A stretch of DNA of 64,000 nucleotides from Methanobacteriota archaeon. GTDB lineage: Archaea; Thermoplasmatota; Poseidoniia; Poseidoniales; Poseidoniaceae. The position numbers were made by a program, and so were the translations under genes. Location of the stretch: positions 3,036 through 67,035 of the forward strand of contig JABIGM010000033.1 of the NCBI GenBank assembly GCA_018650165.1, read 5' to 3'. Within the stretch, counting starts at the first letter, position 1. The number at the start of each line of letters is the position of its first letter. A model generated the notes under the pieces. The model saw nothing but the letters and a program-made list of their open reading frames with translations, ran no database searches and had not been told where the DNA came from. Of the stretch, positions 1 to 8,513 are shown piece after piece.

Positions 1-1206
1 GATGAATGCTGATGCAATCGCACTGACCCATAGTATAATCACAAGAGCTGCTACAAATTGGTACTCAGCACTGAAGAAGCCTATCGCCGCTTCAACCTGT
101 GTTCCTATCCAGTTAATCACTCCTAGGTGCTGAAGGGAGTGAATTAGTACAAAGAGACCTGCGAAGAAAATTAGTGTCGTCCATTCAACTTTTTCTAGGG
201 GCTCTTCTAATTCGTGCGGGTCTGTTGCAAGTAGCATCAGTACTGCGCCAACTAACGCTACCCAAGATACTGCGATGTGCAATATTGGATTTAGGAAAAA
301 ACAGAGAATTACTGCACTTAGGATGAAACCAGATATTTTTAGCATGCGCATGTCTTTTATGCCATATTTTGATTCCAATTCTTTCACATCACGAATTCTT
401 TCACCTGCAAATTCATCTGCATACATCCACTTCAACATCATAAATGTAGGAACGATTGTCAATAAAATTCCTGGTGCCAACTCAATGATAAAATCATTGA
501 ATGCCACGCCATCAGATGCTAGGCCGGGATAATTAGATTGGGCAATAGCCGACTCGCTCATCATTGAACCAATAATGATATTTGGTGGGTCACCAATCAT
601 TGTTGCAGTACCACCAATATTGGAGAATATAACTTCAGCAATCAGAATGGGTATTGGGTTGAGATCTAATACCCTTGCAAGTTGAATGGTCACGGGAGTC
701 AGTAGAAGCATAGTTGTGACATTGTCTAAAAACGCAGAAAGAACTGCGGTAACAACACACAAAATTACCACCAGCGACCAAACATTACCTTTGCTTTGTT
801 TGTAAGCCTGAACCGCAAACCATTCGAATAGACCAGTGTGTGAGATGATACCAACCATTACCATCATTCCTAGCAATAGGCCAATAGTTTCCCATTCAAT
901 GAGAGTTGTTGTTTCTGCAAGAGTAAGGGCATCACCTATCTTGTAATAATTCAGAGCTATTATCGCAGCCAATCCTCCGATTGCTGCCGCCAGTGTACGG
1001 TGTACAACTTCACTAATAATCAATGCATAAACGAATAATAGAATGCCAAGACCTACCCATACTGGTTCATTTCCAAGACCTTCTTTGAGTGATATCCCAA
1101 TATCTACTCCCGCTCCACCGCCTGCATTTGATGAAGTGATAAAACTCATCACACCAGCACCAACTAATGCAAGAAGAGCAATCCATTGGGACGGGTGCCG
1201 ATTCAT
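1..1206 (-). CDS. ArsB/NhaD-superfamily (CitMHS/YbiR-like) ion transporter, partial; the C-terminus lies beyond position 1
   Basis: Absent from the ORF track because the frame is open to the window edge. My minus-strand translation from ATG 1206-1204 gives MNRHPSQWIALLALVGAG... with no stops down to position 1. It is multi-TM, and the motifs FLDNVTTMLLLTPV and SNIGGTATMIGDPPNIIIG are typical of this permease superfamily. Confidence 0.75.
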   Translation of the reverse strand, partial: MNRHPSQWIALLALVGAGVMSFITSSNAGGGAGVDIGISLKEGLGNEPVWVGLGILLFVYALIISEVVHRTLAAAIGGLAAIIALNYYKIGDALTLAETTTLIEWETIGLLLGMMVMVGIISHTGLFEWFAVQAYKQSKGNVWSLVVILCVVTAVLSAFLDNVTTMLLLTPVTIQLARVLDLNPIPILIAEVIFSNIGGTATMIGDPPNIIIGSMMSESAIAQSNYPGLASDGVAFNDFIIELAPGILLTIVPTFMMLKWMYADEFAGERIRDVKELESKYGIKDMRMLKISGFILSAVILCFFLNPILHIAVSWVALVGAVLMLLATDPHELEEPLEKVEWTTLIFFAGLFVLIHSLQHLGVINWIGTQVEAAIGFFSAEYQFVAALVIILWVSAIASAFI

Positions 1207-1263
1207 GATACGGTTGGTACGCATGACCATCCCAGTAATGTCGCCTCTATGAGCATTGGGTCA

Positions 1264-1530
1264 CTACTTAGACCACAAAACACCAACATTTCCTCTTACG
1301 AGGACAATCACAGATGATGTTGCATTTGCAAGATGCTCCCAAACTAGAAGCTTATCGCCCCGCTCGTAAATGCCTTTGTTGATTTTTATTTTTACCAACT
1401 TTCTTTTTGCCAATTGACCATTAATTTCATCAATTAGATTGTCGGTAATACCAGTCTTGCCAATACGTACACTTGGTTGGAAATTCCGGTCCATTGCTTG
1501 CCGTTTAATGGTAGAGGGAATGTTAGTCAT
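1264..1530 (-). CDS. YhbY/CRS1-type RNA-binding protein (88 aa, using internal Met 83 of the 170-aa ORF)
   Basis: MTNIPSTIKRQAMDRNFQPSVRIGKTGITDNLIDEINGQLAKRKLVKIKINKG matches the YhbY pattern (KP.V.IGK.G.T..., L.KRELIKVK). The start ATG 1530-1528 overlaps the rnp4 stop by 8 nt. Confidence 0.7.
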   Translation of the reverse strand: MTNIPSTIKRQAMDRNFQPSVRIGKTGITDNLIDEINGQLAKRKLVKIKINKGIYERGDKLLVWEHLANATSSVIVLVRGNVGVLWSK

Positions 1531-1867
1531 CAGACGACCCCCTGTGAGATTTTGGTCCGCCTCCAAGGCGTCTAACCCTGCCACACTCGAGGCAAGTAGT
1601 AGTTCGCTGACCGGCACGGATTCTAACCCGTGCAGTAGTCCCTGGAACCAATAGCACTGTGCAACCGCGACATATCCAGTGGCGTTGAGATACTGGCAAT
1701 GGTAGTCGGTTTCTTGAAGATGTTTTGACCAAATGTCTTGCTGCATTACGCCTTGCAACCATTGGCATAGAAACATCAGAGATTACTGAAGACAGATGCT
1801 GCTGCGCTTCAAGTGCATTTTGATGGCGCTGAACTTTCGCCTTCACGCGTCCCTTGTTTCGACTCAT
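1523..1867 (-). CDS. rnp4: RNase P protein component 4 (Rpp21/RPR2 family)
   Basis: The 114-aa product is basic. It has the C-terminal zinc ribbon RHWICRGCTVLLVPGTTARVRI...TTCLECGRVRR characteristic of archaeal Rpp21. Confidence 0.75.
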   Translation of the reverse strand: MSRNKGRVKAKVQRHQNALEAQQHLSSVISDVSMPMVARRNAARHLVKTSSRNRLPLPVSQRHWICRGCTVLLVPGTTARVRIRAGQRTTTCLECGRVRRLGGGPKSHRGSSDD

Positions 1868-1876
1868 AATTTCAAC

Positions 1877-2509
1877 TCACTTTAGTGCACTCAGAATATC
1901 AGTAGTAATTTCATCAATTGCTCGGTCCCCATCGATTTGATGGAAAATCCCTCTCTCAATATACCATTTAGCAAGTGGAGATGTTTGTTCATGGTATGCA
2001 CTAAGACGACTCAGAACAGTGTCTGCATTGTCATCAGCACGTCGCTTGAACTCAGTCGAGTCACAATTATCACAAAATCCATCTTTGGTTGTAGGATTGA
2101 AAGTATCGTGGTATACCGAACTACAGTTTCCGCAAGTATAACGCCCACATATTCGCTCTACAATTCTCTCATCAGGAACATCGATTGCAATCACATGTGA
2201 TACTTCTGTTATTTTTGATAGAGCTTCTGCCTGGGGAATGGTACGAGGAAAACCGTCAAACATTACTCCATTCGTTGCATCAGGATCTTGAATTCTGTCG
2301 CAAATTAGTGCAATTATTACTTCATCAGGCACAAGTTTGCCTGCATCCATGAACTTCTTGGCTTCAATACCTGTTGTTGTCCCCGCTGCTACTGCAGCAC
2401 GGAGCATGTCACCGGTACTGACTTGTGGCAACCCGGTTGAGTCCATTATCCTCTGTGCCTGAGTACCCTTGCCGGCACCGGGCGGACCAAACAGAACTAT
2501 GCTCTCCAT
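1877..2509 (-). CDS. adk: Adenylate kinase, long bacterial type with 4-Cys zinc lid
   Basis: MESIVLFGPPGAGKGTQAQ P-loop; lid CGRYTCGNCSSVYH...FCDNCDSTEFKRRADD. The true start ATG is 2509-2507. The 269-aa ORF-track extension overlaps the 3' end of the upstream giant gene. Confidence 0.9.
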   Translation of the reverse strand: MESIVLFGPPGAGKGTQAQRIMDSTGLPQVSTGDMLRAAVAAGTTTGIEAKKFMDAGKLVPDEVIIALICDRIQDPDATNGVMFDGFPRTIPQAEALSKITEVSHVIAIDVPDERIVERICGRYTCGNCSSVYHDTFNPTTKDGFCDNCDSTEFKRRADDNADTVLSRLSAYHEQTSPLAKWYIERGIFHQIDGDRAIDEITTDILSALK

Positions 2510-2534
2510 GTCTTGGCGTGGGCCGTCCCTGTTT

Positions 2535-5500
2535 TCACTGTTGGCCTTGCTGGGCAAGCCATTGGTGTCCGTAATGTTGCCATTGCTCCATCGACCAACC
2601 AGGCGGTAACCCGCTAGGCGGTAACGGAGGACCTGCTGGTACCTGAGGTGGAGTTGGGACCTTCGGAACATCTCCCTGTACAACACTGTCAGAGATATTA
2701 TTGATGACAGTCTGATTTATAGTAACATTTTGAGGATTTGGTGTGGTAATCGCAGGCGGGCGGCCAGTAGGAATAATTGCCGGAGGGGATCCGCTTGGAA
2801 GAGAAGATGGTGGCCGCCCCATTGGAACCACCACTGGCGCACCTGGAGTCGGTAAACTCGGGATTGATTCAGCTAAAGCCTCTGCAATCTCTTCTGCAGA
2901 AACGCCACCACTTGCTAGTGAATCCTGCCCAACAACCGAATCCATGACTGCCTTCATTCGTATTCCATCATCGGGAATTACATGTGCATCAGGGGCTACT
3001 AATTCCTCTCCAGAATAGTCCTTAGGTGCTGATTTCTTAATCCGGCGTGCCACTATCAATACACCCAATATAATCGCACCTACAATAGATGATGCTGCCC
3101 ATAATGGAAGTACGCCAAATAAGCCGCCTTGTGATTGACTATTTTGCACACTTAATTCTATTTCAACGGAAGTTGTTCCACAAGTGAATTGCAGAGTTTC
3201 AATTCCCGCTTTAGTATCACCATTTGGACTCACAGTAACCTCAATTTCAATGCTCTCACCTGCACTTAGATCAGTAACTGTATCTTCGGACAGGCCAACT
3301 TTCCATTCGTTGGCATCTAGTACAGCAGAAATGTTAGCGTCAAGTGGCGCATTACCAATATTATGGATTGTTAGTTTTTGGGAACTTTCTTCATCTCGAA
3401 CAACACCTAGCAAAGGTCGTGATTCTTCATCATATTCAATACTGCAGTGCGAACCAGATTCTACAGATACTGGATATGTTGCTGATACTTGAAGAGTATC
3501 AAAACCATTGTCGATTGTTGCATAAATCCCCAAATCAAAAATTGCATCGGAACTAGGTTGGTAGGCAGGAGGCTTTATCCCAACCTGTAGTTGAACTGAT
3601 TCTCTTGGTTCGAGGTATGTAGGTGGGTCTGCAAAACCTACCTCCCAACCATCAGGCGCAAGTGAATGTGACCACGACAAACTTATTGCAGAATTTCCTG
3701 TATTCTCTACGGTTAAGATATTGTAAGTAAAGTCATCAGTTACCATGGCGTTCAACTTGTAGTTATCGATTGGAGTAAACGCAATGCTAATCTCATCTTT
3801 TACAACTAAAGTAGTTTCATTTATGATAAAATTTGATTGGTCTTGGCTTGTTTTGATTACCAAATGATTTTCATCATTTCTAGCTGCTACTGGCGAAACA
3901 AGAATCTCGAACCGAACTTCAGAAGACTCCCCTGGAAGTACATTTACCTCAACTTCTCTGTTTTCGGTTTGCATACCATGGCTTACTTGGATTGTCCAAG
4001 TTGTTAATTCCGGGTTGATGCGTACTGTAAGATCAAGAACCGCATTACCTGTATTTTCGATAAGTAGTGTGATATTTAGGCGCTCAGCAGTATCGACATT
4101 GATGTCGCGAGCATATGCTGCAGGGCCGACTCCAAGGCCAGTATCGTCAACCAAGGTTGTATCAAACAATTCAAGCGTTTTTACCGTCAATATCACCGTT
4201 TCACTAATATTCAAAGACGGGTCTGTTTCACTAGTTACTGAGCATGTGATTGAATCTGTACTGCCAGAAGCAGGCATGCCATCTGCGACTGGAGGAACAT
4301 AGAGACGGACTTGCATTGGCAAGTACTCCAAAATTTCCAGTGGTTCAAATGAGTATGAAGACGAGTTAGATTGTCCCAACTGGACTTGCCAGCGGTTTTG
4401 GCTGTAACAATCTAGGTCGTAAACCGCAGGTGAATTGCCTGTGTTGCGAACCGAAATCGAGAAAGCCGTACTTCCACCAGGGATTGCTTCAAGGCCATCA
4501 GTTCCCGCTGGTGCAACCTGTACATCCTTAACTTCTTCAACTACCAAACGGAGACGAATTGTGTGTTTGACCGATGGGTTATTCGAATATTTTGCTGTCA
4601 AGTCCATGACATATGTACCTGCCATTGCATAACGTTTTGTGGCACCCGAAAGGTCTGCATCATCATCATTTAGTGTGATATTGAGATACATAGCATCCCC
4701 TCCATCACCCATTGGGGATAACGTAAATGGACCCTCCAAATCTGAATACCGTGACCAATCATCATCTGTAGGCAATAGCATATCGTCTCTTAGGGGATTT
4801 GGCATCTGCACTTGAGAAAGGTGCAACTTGACCGACTGGGTTTCAGTACCTTCGTGCTTCAGAAGTATCGGCCAAGTATAACCTTCTGCAGCCGCTGGAT
4901 TTAGAGTCTGATTGACCATAGTCGAATCTTCGAGACCACTGGCACCCAAGGGCACAAGTCTTACCCCTAGTGCAGAAACAGCTATTGTCATCTCTTCGAT
5001 ATTATTATTCACTCCGTTTGTTTCATCATTGACTTCAATAACATCGGAGTCTACATCAACACTCAGACGCATGTCATGGTCGCCTGTAGTTGTAAATGAG
5101 TGATAGAGAGTTAGTGAATCCATAGAGCCTGGATTCAGATTTGAGCGCACACCATCATAGAGGGTTGTTCCCGCAGTCAAATCTTCAAGTGTAACACGGA
5201 ACTGAGTGGTGCCTGCTGTTCCTTGATTAAGCCATGAAATTCTTAGAGTAATCAAGTCATTTACGAGGGGAGATGTCGATGAAGGAAATATCGAGCCATC
5301 AAATGCAAACAAATCGGCTTTTGCATCAAGTGTGGCATCACCTGTTAGAACGATGGAATAGGATTGATCAAGTCCACCGGTATGTGAAACCTTCACTTGC
5401 CAGTTACCAGAAGGTAGTACTGCATTTGGAGCCAGTCTAATCCGTTCAACATTGTTGATTGAATCATGGACGCCGTTTGGTACTGAGAAACCATTGACAA

Positions 5501-7385
5501 TTACATTACCTTTGTACATTGAGCCGTCGGGAGCAATTAGCAGGAGGTCGAGGTCATTGACTAGACGTGTCTCATTTTGGCCGGCGTTAGCACTGCCGGC
5601 TACATCCGACCATACTAGAGTAATATCGAGCCCGGAAGAGGGATCTAAATCAAATTGGTAAAGTGTTGAAAACCCTGCTGAAAGAGACCTTGAATTGTCA
5701 TGGTATGTCTCCAAATTATTTCCATTGTAAGTGGGAATTACTGTATTTGAAACAGAAATTTGACCCCATCCTTCTTGCGAATTTGGAATATCGGCAGCAC
5801 CCAAATCTATGGCCCCATTGATACTTGCTGCCTTTAGAAGTGAAGCGGAGGGAGAAGTAATTCCCACCTCTTCTCTGATGAATTCTCTGATTAGAGACAC
5901 TGAGCCGCCAGCAACTGCAGTCGCTTGACTCGAACCCGAAAGAGACATGTACAGATCTTCTCCGTTTGAGTGAGTGCCAGTTCCACAACTCAATCCAATT
6001 GTGAGAGATGCATCAACCGAATGACCCGAGCATATTGAAACTCCAGGGGCAACTAAATCTGGCTTTACCCTACCGTCTAGAGAAGGCCCTTGTGCTGAAA
6101 AATTGGCTACTGTGCCCGATGGACTTGTAGTTGTGGCTCCTATTGAAAGTACATTCTTCGCAGTTGATGGAGCCATGACCTTTGACGCATTTTGCCCTAC
6201 ATCATCACCCGCAGAAAATAGTGGCAAGAATTCAGGGTTATCATGAACAAAAACATCCAATGAACGTGAATCGGCAGTGTAGGCACCATAATTACCATTT
6301 AGACCCCAAGCATTTACGGCAATGCGTGATCCTTCTTGTTCTGCATGATTTAACATATCATATATTGAACCAATCCTACCAAAAACACCAGTTGGGTCAT
6401 GTTCCAATGCATATGCAACAATGTAAGCCTCAGGTGCAATTCCAGTAGCGATTGAATCACCACTTCCATCTCCTGCTATGGTCAAGGCGACATGTGTCCC
6501 ATGGCCACCGTTAGAATCAGCAGGGCTTGGGTCCAATCCGAATTGTGTGTAAACTCCAGCAATACGGCCACTGAGGTCAGGGTGTGTTTGGTCTATTCCA
6601 GTATCTGTGAAAGAAATTTTTTCCCCAGAACCATCAAGTCCAAGCGATGAATTAGAAACTTCAGGTAGCCCCACTATCGCTCCAGCCATTGCATTTGTCA
6701 ATTGTAATTCAGCGGTTGGTTCGGACCAGATAATACGGCCGTCAAGAGCCAGTTTTTCAAGATTAGGATGTCCTTTTATTTCGCACAAATGCAATCCACA
6801 CCAAGCCTCATCAGCCCCCATCATTACAAGGTCATGCGCAAGCCCCTCAAGGGCTTCAGGCATCAGGTCAGCCGCAGGTATTGCCGCAATGTAAACCGTG
6901 TTTGAATCTACTAGTGGTGAGACTCTCCAACCAGGCATCATTGAACCAGCCCAGCGAACAGAATCATCACCCTGTATTTTGGGCAAGTCGTTTGGGTGTG
7001 CAAGTCTTACGAGCCATGCTGCAGGTCCAAGGTTATCCAGTACGAATACATTGTATTCATCTACAATATCGTACAATGCACTACCCGTGTGGTGGTTCAA
7101 TTGAATTATGGCCATACCAGAATTCCGGTAGTCTTGATTATCATCGAGACGTGATTTAGGCAGTTCATCGACCAGTGGATCAAAGGAGCCAATTGCCAAG
7201 TGGATTTGGTTATCGGTTACCTTAAGAGGTGATTGAATTGACTCACTGGGTTCCATAGAATGCCAATTACCAGCTGCAATATCAAGTAAATTATTCTCTA
7301 CTGGCTGCTGGTTATCCACGGCACCGGCAATTGGTGCAAGAAGCATCACTGCAAGGATGAATAATGTTCTCCGTCCTGCAAGCAT
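2535..7385 (-). CDS. Giant membrane-anchored subtilisin-like (S8) serine protease with multiple CARDB/Ig-like domains, a C-terminal TM and a cytoplasmic tail (1616 aa)
   Basis: Signal peptide MLAGRRTLFILAVMLLAPIAGA. Catalytic motifs: FTDTGIDQTHPDL (Asp), GHGTHVALTIAG (His), VNAWG (Asn), LSGSSQATAVAGG (Ser). Repeated V.N.GN-type Ig-like modules (VRNTGNSPAVYDL, IENTGNAVLDLTV, VENTGNSAISLSW, IHNIGNAPLDANI). TM LPLWAASSIVGAIILGVLIVARRIKK followed by a Pro-rich tail. Confidence 0.85.
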   Translation of the reverse strand: MLAGRRTLFILAVMLLAPIAGAVDNQQPVENNLLDIAAGNWHSMEPSESIQSPLKVTDNQIHLAIGSFDPLVDELPKSRLDDNQDYRNSGMAIIQLNHHTGSALYDIVDEYNVFVLDNLGPAAWLVRLAHPNDLPKIQGDDSVRWAGSMMPGWRVSPLVDSNTVYIAAIPAADLMPEALEGLAHDLVMMGADEAWCGLHLCEIKGHPNLEKLALDGRIIWSEPTAELQLTNAMAGAIVGLPEVSNSSLGLDGSGEKISFTDTGIDQTHPDLSGRIAGVYTQFGLDPSPADSNGGHGTHVALTIAGDGSGDSIATGIAPEAYIVAYALEHDPTGVFGRIGSIYDMLNHAEQEGSRIAVNAWGLNGNYGAYTADSRSLDVFVHDNPEFLPLFSAGDDVGQNASKVMAPSTAKNVLSIGATTTSPSGTVANFSAQGPSLDGRVKPDLVAPGVSICSGHSVDASLTIGLSCGTGTHSNGEDLYMSLSGSSQATAVAGGSVSLIREFIREEVGITSPSASLLKAASINGAIDLGAADIPNSQEGWGQISVSNTVIPTYNGNNLETYHDNSRSLSAGFSTLYQFDLDPSSGLDITLVWSDVAGSANAGQNETRLVNDLDLLLIAPDGSMYKGNVIVNGFSVPNGVHDSINNVERIRLAPNAVLPSGNWQVKVSHTGGLDQSYSIVLTGDATLDAKADLFAFDGSIFPSSTSPLVNDLITLRISWLNQGTAGTTQFRVTLEDLTAGTTLYDGVRSNLNPGSMDSLTLYHSFTTTGDHDMRLSVDVDSDVIEVNDETNGVNNNIEEMTIAVSALGVRLVPLGASGLEDSTMVNQTLNPAAAEGYTWPILLKHEGTETQSVKLHLSQVQMPNPLRDDMLLPTDDDWSRYSDLEGPFTLSPMGDGGDAMYLNITLNDDDADLSGATKRYAMAGTYVMDLTAKYSNNPSVKHTIRLRLVVEEVKDVQVAPAGTDGLEAIPGGSTAFSISVRNTGNSPAVYDLDCYSQNRWQVQLGQSNSSSYSFEPLEILEYLPMQVRLYVPPVADGMPASGSTDSITCSVTSETDPSLNISETVILTVKTLELFDTTLVDDTGLGVGPAAYARDINVDTAERLNITLLIENTGNAVLDLTVRINPELTTWTIQVSHGMQTENREVEVNVLPGESSEVRFEILVSPVAARNDENHLVIKTSQDQSNFIINETTLVVKDEISIAFTPIDNYKLNAMVTDDFTYNILTVENTGNSAISLSWSHSLAPDGWEVGFADPPTYLEPRESVQLQVGIKPPAYQPSSDAIFDLGIYATIDNGFDTLQVSATYPVSVESGSHCSIEYDEESRPLLGVVRDEESSQKLTIHNIGNAPLDANISAVLDANEWKVGLSEDTVTDLSAGESIEIEVTVSPNGDTKAGIETLQFTCGTTSVEIELSVQNSQSQGGLFGVLPLWAASSIVGAIILGVLIVARRIKKSAPKDYSGEELVAPDAHVIPDDGIRMKAVMDSVVGQDSLASGGVSAEEIAEALAESIPSLPTPGAPVVVPMGRPPSSLPSGSPPAIIPTGRPPAITTPNPQNVTINQTVINNISDSVVQGDVPKVPTPPQVPAGPPLPPSGLPPGWSMEQWQHYGHQWLAQQGQQ

Positions 7386-7443
7386 GTTACTGCCGACACT
7401 GCATTCGTACTTGAAGACAAGCCTCTTATGAGCCCTATAGGGC

Positions 7444-8478
7444 TCACTCGAATAGTGATGAAATTGCAGCGTCTGTCTTGGCAACTGATGCCTTCCAATC
7501 CACCTCAATTCCCATCAGTGCACGTATTGCATCAACATTCTCGGGAATCACATCAGACTCTTGGTGAATTGCTTGGAAGTAGTATAGGGTATTGTCGATT
7601 AATTTTACTCCATCTTCCCATACAAATATCTCATGTAAGTCCCCCCATGTTCGACCCATGTCACGAGCGAATTCCATGACTTCAGCAGTGGTTGTAATTC
7701 CGGTATCTGCGCCATGCATAATCACCACACGCGGTGATTGCCTCCACATCTTTAGAACGCTCTCTGTGGTTAACCCGTGACCTTCAGGAAGTGTTGCAAC
7801 AATCGAATGCACATGCATAATCGTTGTGGGGACAGCAACAGCCAGGGAATTAATTTTAATTTCTGGCTTGACAGTCATTACATCTGGTCCATGGTGACTA
7901 GGAACTTTCAACACTGGCTTTATCGCATTGATTGGGCCTTTCTTTGAGTCGCCAGGATCTGCTGCTCTACGAATCATGGTACATTCGACAGAAAGTTCCC
8001 CGCAGTGTTCATACAATGGAACTAGTGTTCGAGATAAACCGGTAGTATTGCATGATACAACACGGGTCCCTTCGCCATTTAGATTGGCAGAATGATTTGC
8101 GCATGAAGTGTAGGACATTCCCGTCATAGCATGTTTTTCGCCACCCTGGAATATCCATTTTATTCCTGCTGCTTGGTATATTGCTTTGTTATCTGCACCC
8201 ATTTTTCCTGGCGAACAGTCGACAACTATGTCGGCGGCTGCCAAGAGGTCTGATAATCCGCCATGGCACTCATACCCTGCACTACCGAAAGCAGCGATTT
8301 TTTCAGCATCGTCAAAAGTACAGTACAAGGGATATCCTTTGCGCACAGCAAGGTCACAGCCAAATGCTGGCCGTGTCTTTGTAACTCCAATAATTTCCAT
8401 ATCATCTTGGCAGGCAACTGCGTCAGCAACTCGCTTGCCTATTGTTCCGTACCCGTTGATTGCAACCTTGATGGTCAT
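7444..8478 (-). CDS. gap: Glyceraldehyde-3-phosphate dehydrogenase, archaeal type II
   Basis: MTIKVAINGYGTIGKRVADAV Rossmann N-terminus; VVSCNTTGLSRTL active-site Cys region; the length (344 aa) is typical of archaeal GAPDH. ATG at 8478-8476. Confidence 0.9.
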   Translation of the reverse strand: MTIKVAINGYGTIGKRVADAVACQDDMEIIGVTKTRPAFGCDLAVRKGYPLYCTFDDAEKIAAFGSAGYECHGGLSDLLAAADIVVDCSPGKMGADNKAIYQAAGIKWIFQGGEKHAMTGMSYTSCANHSANLNGEGTRVVSCNTTGLSRTLVPLYEHCGELSVECTMIRRAADPGDSKKGPINAIKPVLKVPSHHGPDVMTVKPEIKINSLAVAVPTTIMHVHSIVATLPEGHGLTTESVLKMWRQSPRVVIMHGADTGITTTAEVMEFARDMGRTWGDLHEIFVWEDGVKLIDNTLYYFQAIHQESDVIPENVDAIRALMGIEVDWKASVAKTDAAISSLFE

Positions 8479-8513
8479 GAGGCTCCCTATACCTGTGGCC
8501 TCGCGGCCCTCAC

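Noticed and set aside
2510-2686. N-terminal extension of the adk ORF (269 aa in the track)
   Set aside because: The extension overlaps the 3' end of the S8 giant in another frame. The canonical Adk N-terminus MESIVLFGPPGAGKGT starts at 2509.
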